Source: Stylophora pistillata (taxonomy: Eukaryota). From it: a stretch of DNA of 64,000 nt. The translations under genes and the position numbers were made by a program. Every line of letters starts with the position of its first letter. The first letter of the stretch is position 1. The DNA lies in NCBI RefSeq assembly GCF_002571385.2, contig NW_019217784.1:1111387-1175386 (forward strand). The letters run 5' to 3'. Of this stretch, positions 62,101 to 64,000 are shown one piece after another. The notes beneath the pieces are model-generated. The model was not told the DNA's origin, did not search any database, and worked only from the letters and a program-made list of their open reading frames with translations.

Positions 62101-62973
62101 ATCAATTTGAAAGAATCATTGTTTGGAATCTAAACCAGCAGACGCGCCGGCTGTTAACCTTTGCCTCCAAACTCTTGTCAGGTGCTTAGATAGGATCCTA
62201 GGGGAGGAGGGAGGGGGTGCAATTTACAAAGTAAAGGATTATTTCCATTTGTGAGTATATCAGGTTGTCTTAAACTTCTCACGAGTACAAATTACCATTT
62301 TGTCCATGGCAAATGAGGTGGTCAAATCCACTTTCTCCCCCCCCCCAACTCTCGCGTCGCCCTTGCCTGTTTTGTACTTATCAGTAAGGAAACTTGAGTG
62401 GAGAGCGCCTACCTCCCCCCCGTGGGAAAAAGTCCCATGAAGGGTCAAGATAAACAAGAGATGATTAAATTAACCTGTCGGGAATTTTCTGAAGTGGTGC
62501 AATGGAATATCTACAGATAAAACAGACCCGCTTATCAAGAATTCTACAGTTTGTTAATTAAAGTGAACAATAAAAAAGTTGAATGATGGCAAAGCTACAA
62601 GAAAGCTGATATACTGTTCTTTTAGGAAATGCCTTGCTATTAAAGTAGTCCGCGATCAATTTGTATCCACTTCGATTCAACCGCTGCGTGCAAACTACCC
62701 GAACCTACATTAGTTACGGATTGATAAAGACATATCGCATGCTGCGCTGCACCTTTGTAGTCTCTTGTCTCCAATCTATATTAAGAGACTATTATTTCCC
62801 ACGTTGACATATCAGCTGAACAGATGGCTTTAATTAAATCAGTCTCTATATTAATTGAGGAGTATAACCCTCTGATATAATGGCGGTCGGGCTTCCAAAG
62901 CGGGCTTGCTCCCAGTCCTCCTCTTGCATATCCCGGGCAAAGCACGCAAGGATACCTGGGGTATTAGAGAAAC

Positions 62974-64000
62974 ATGGCCGAAGGAGGTTCGAATTCTGCT
63001 GCTGAGCCGCTGGGTATGAGGGCTGTAATAATCGGTGCCACCGGAGCTATTGGACAGTGTTTGTTGGGAGAACTTTTGAGCTCTAAGGTGCGCCACTGCG
63101 AGAATGATTCGTATCAAACGATACTACATCGCGATATTTTCAGTATTTGATAATGGCGTGACCATTTATGCAGAGGATTTATGTGATAACAGTTAGAACA
63201 ATAACATATTTTCAGCAAGTGTTCCTCCACAAATATTTATAAGCTTAAAATTTCTGTTGTTGCTGTTTGTTTAACAGTTTTATTTTGCTTTTATCTAATC
63301 TTTGAGCTCCCAGACCCATAAACTAATTTTTCCATTTAGTTAAAAATTTGAAGTGAAAGATTTCTAAAAGATGAAATAATCCTTGATATCTCAATTTTTA
63401 AATATATAAATATGATTTCAGAATATTTTCGAAGTACTTCAGAATCATTTTATAATTTTTGTCATTTCTCTTTTTATTTTTTGGGCTCCTTGTTGAATGG
63501 AGATATAAATATTAATTTATTTCGTGAACTCGGCAAGTTGTCAGTAAAAACGTTTTTCTAATTCCTCTGGGAGAGTTTGATTTGATTGATAGGCAACGTT
63601 TGCAATGAGCTGACAACAATAGGTAAGGATAATTTTGTGATAGATTAAAAACCCTGTATATTTTGTATTTGAAAAATTTTTTGATGTCAAACAATTTTAG
63701 AACATATCCAAAGTTGTTTCTTTGGGTCGAAGAAATGCTACGGTTCTTGCAGAATATTCTGTGGATCAAAAAGCTGAAGAGGAATCTGGAAGATTGGAGC
63801 AACATGTCATAGGTAAAGTATATTCTGAACCCTGACATGATTATCACACACTTTAATATTTTTCTATGCTGGAAATGCAAACTCTGTTGTTATTGGATTG
63901 TTCTCAAAGATTGTAATTTTTTACATAGCATACCAATCCAAAACAAATTTTCTCTCTTTAACTTCAGACTTTGAGAAATTAAGCACTGAAACAGTTGGTG
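62974..64000 (+). CDS. HTATIP2: Oxidoreductase HTATIP2/TIP30-like (NAD(P)-binding), 5' part, runs off the window
   Basis: Exons 62974-63087, 63701-63812 and 63968->64000 give MAEGGSNSAAEPLGMRAVIIGATGAIGQCLLGELLSSK/NISKVVSLGRR...RLEQHVI/DFEKL. The GATG.G, KV..LGRR and DFEKL motifs are TIP30-like. Confidence 0.82.

Noticed and set aside
46560-62900. Numerous 60-120 aa ORFs downstream of COUP-TF
   Set aside because: Mostly non-ATG starts, AT-biased composition, no motifs and no consistent exon chain.

Overview
Intron-rich, AT-rich animal genomic DNA. The repeat families and the gene set suggest a cnidarian, probably a stony coral (inference, no search run). Genes assembled by hand from splice sites: SUB1/PC4 (-), a 15-exon PWWP3A/MUM1-like gene (-) head-to-head with UBL7 (+), an 11-exon glucose-6-phosphate 1-epimerase (-) with a GC-AG first intron, two tandem intronless Rab1-like genes (-), an orphan ~920-aa protein with 39-aa tandem repeats (+), a short hypothetical ORF (-), a 3-exon COUP-TF/NR2F (+) inside a ~28-kb gene-poor region, and the first three exons of HTATIP2/TIP30 (+). 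Two non-gene systems stand out. (1) UBL7 intron 1 holds a nest of hammerhead-ribozyme elements in (TA)n tracts: a 182-bp palindrome of two opposed hammerheads, a decayed Penelope-like retroelement with an extra C2H2 finger, and a 378-nt retrozyme-like unit bounded by two hammerheads, one fully canonical. (2) Several unrelated-looking repeats share one architecture in which an internal site is the reverse complement of the element's joined ends; one carries a relic of a Crypton/DUF3504-like coding exon. Several MITEs and a long TCAG/TCAT microsatellite with assembly gaps are also present. Family assignments rest on recalled motifs, not database hits.
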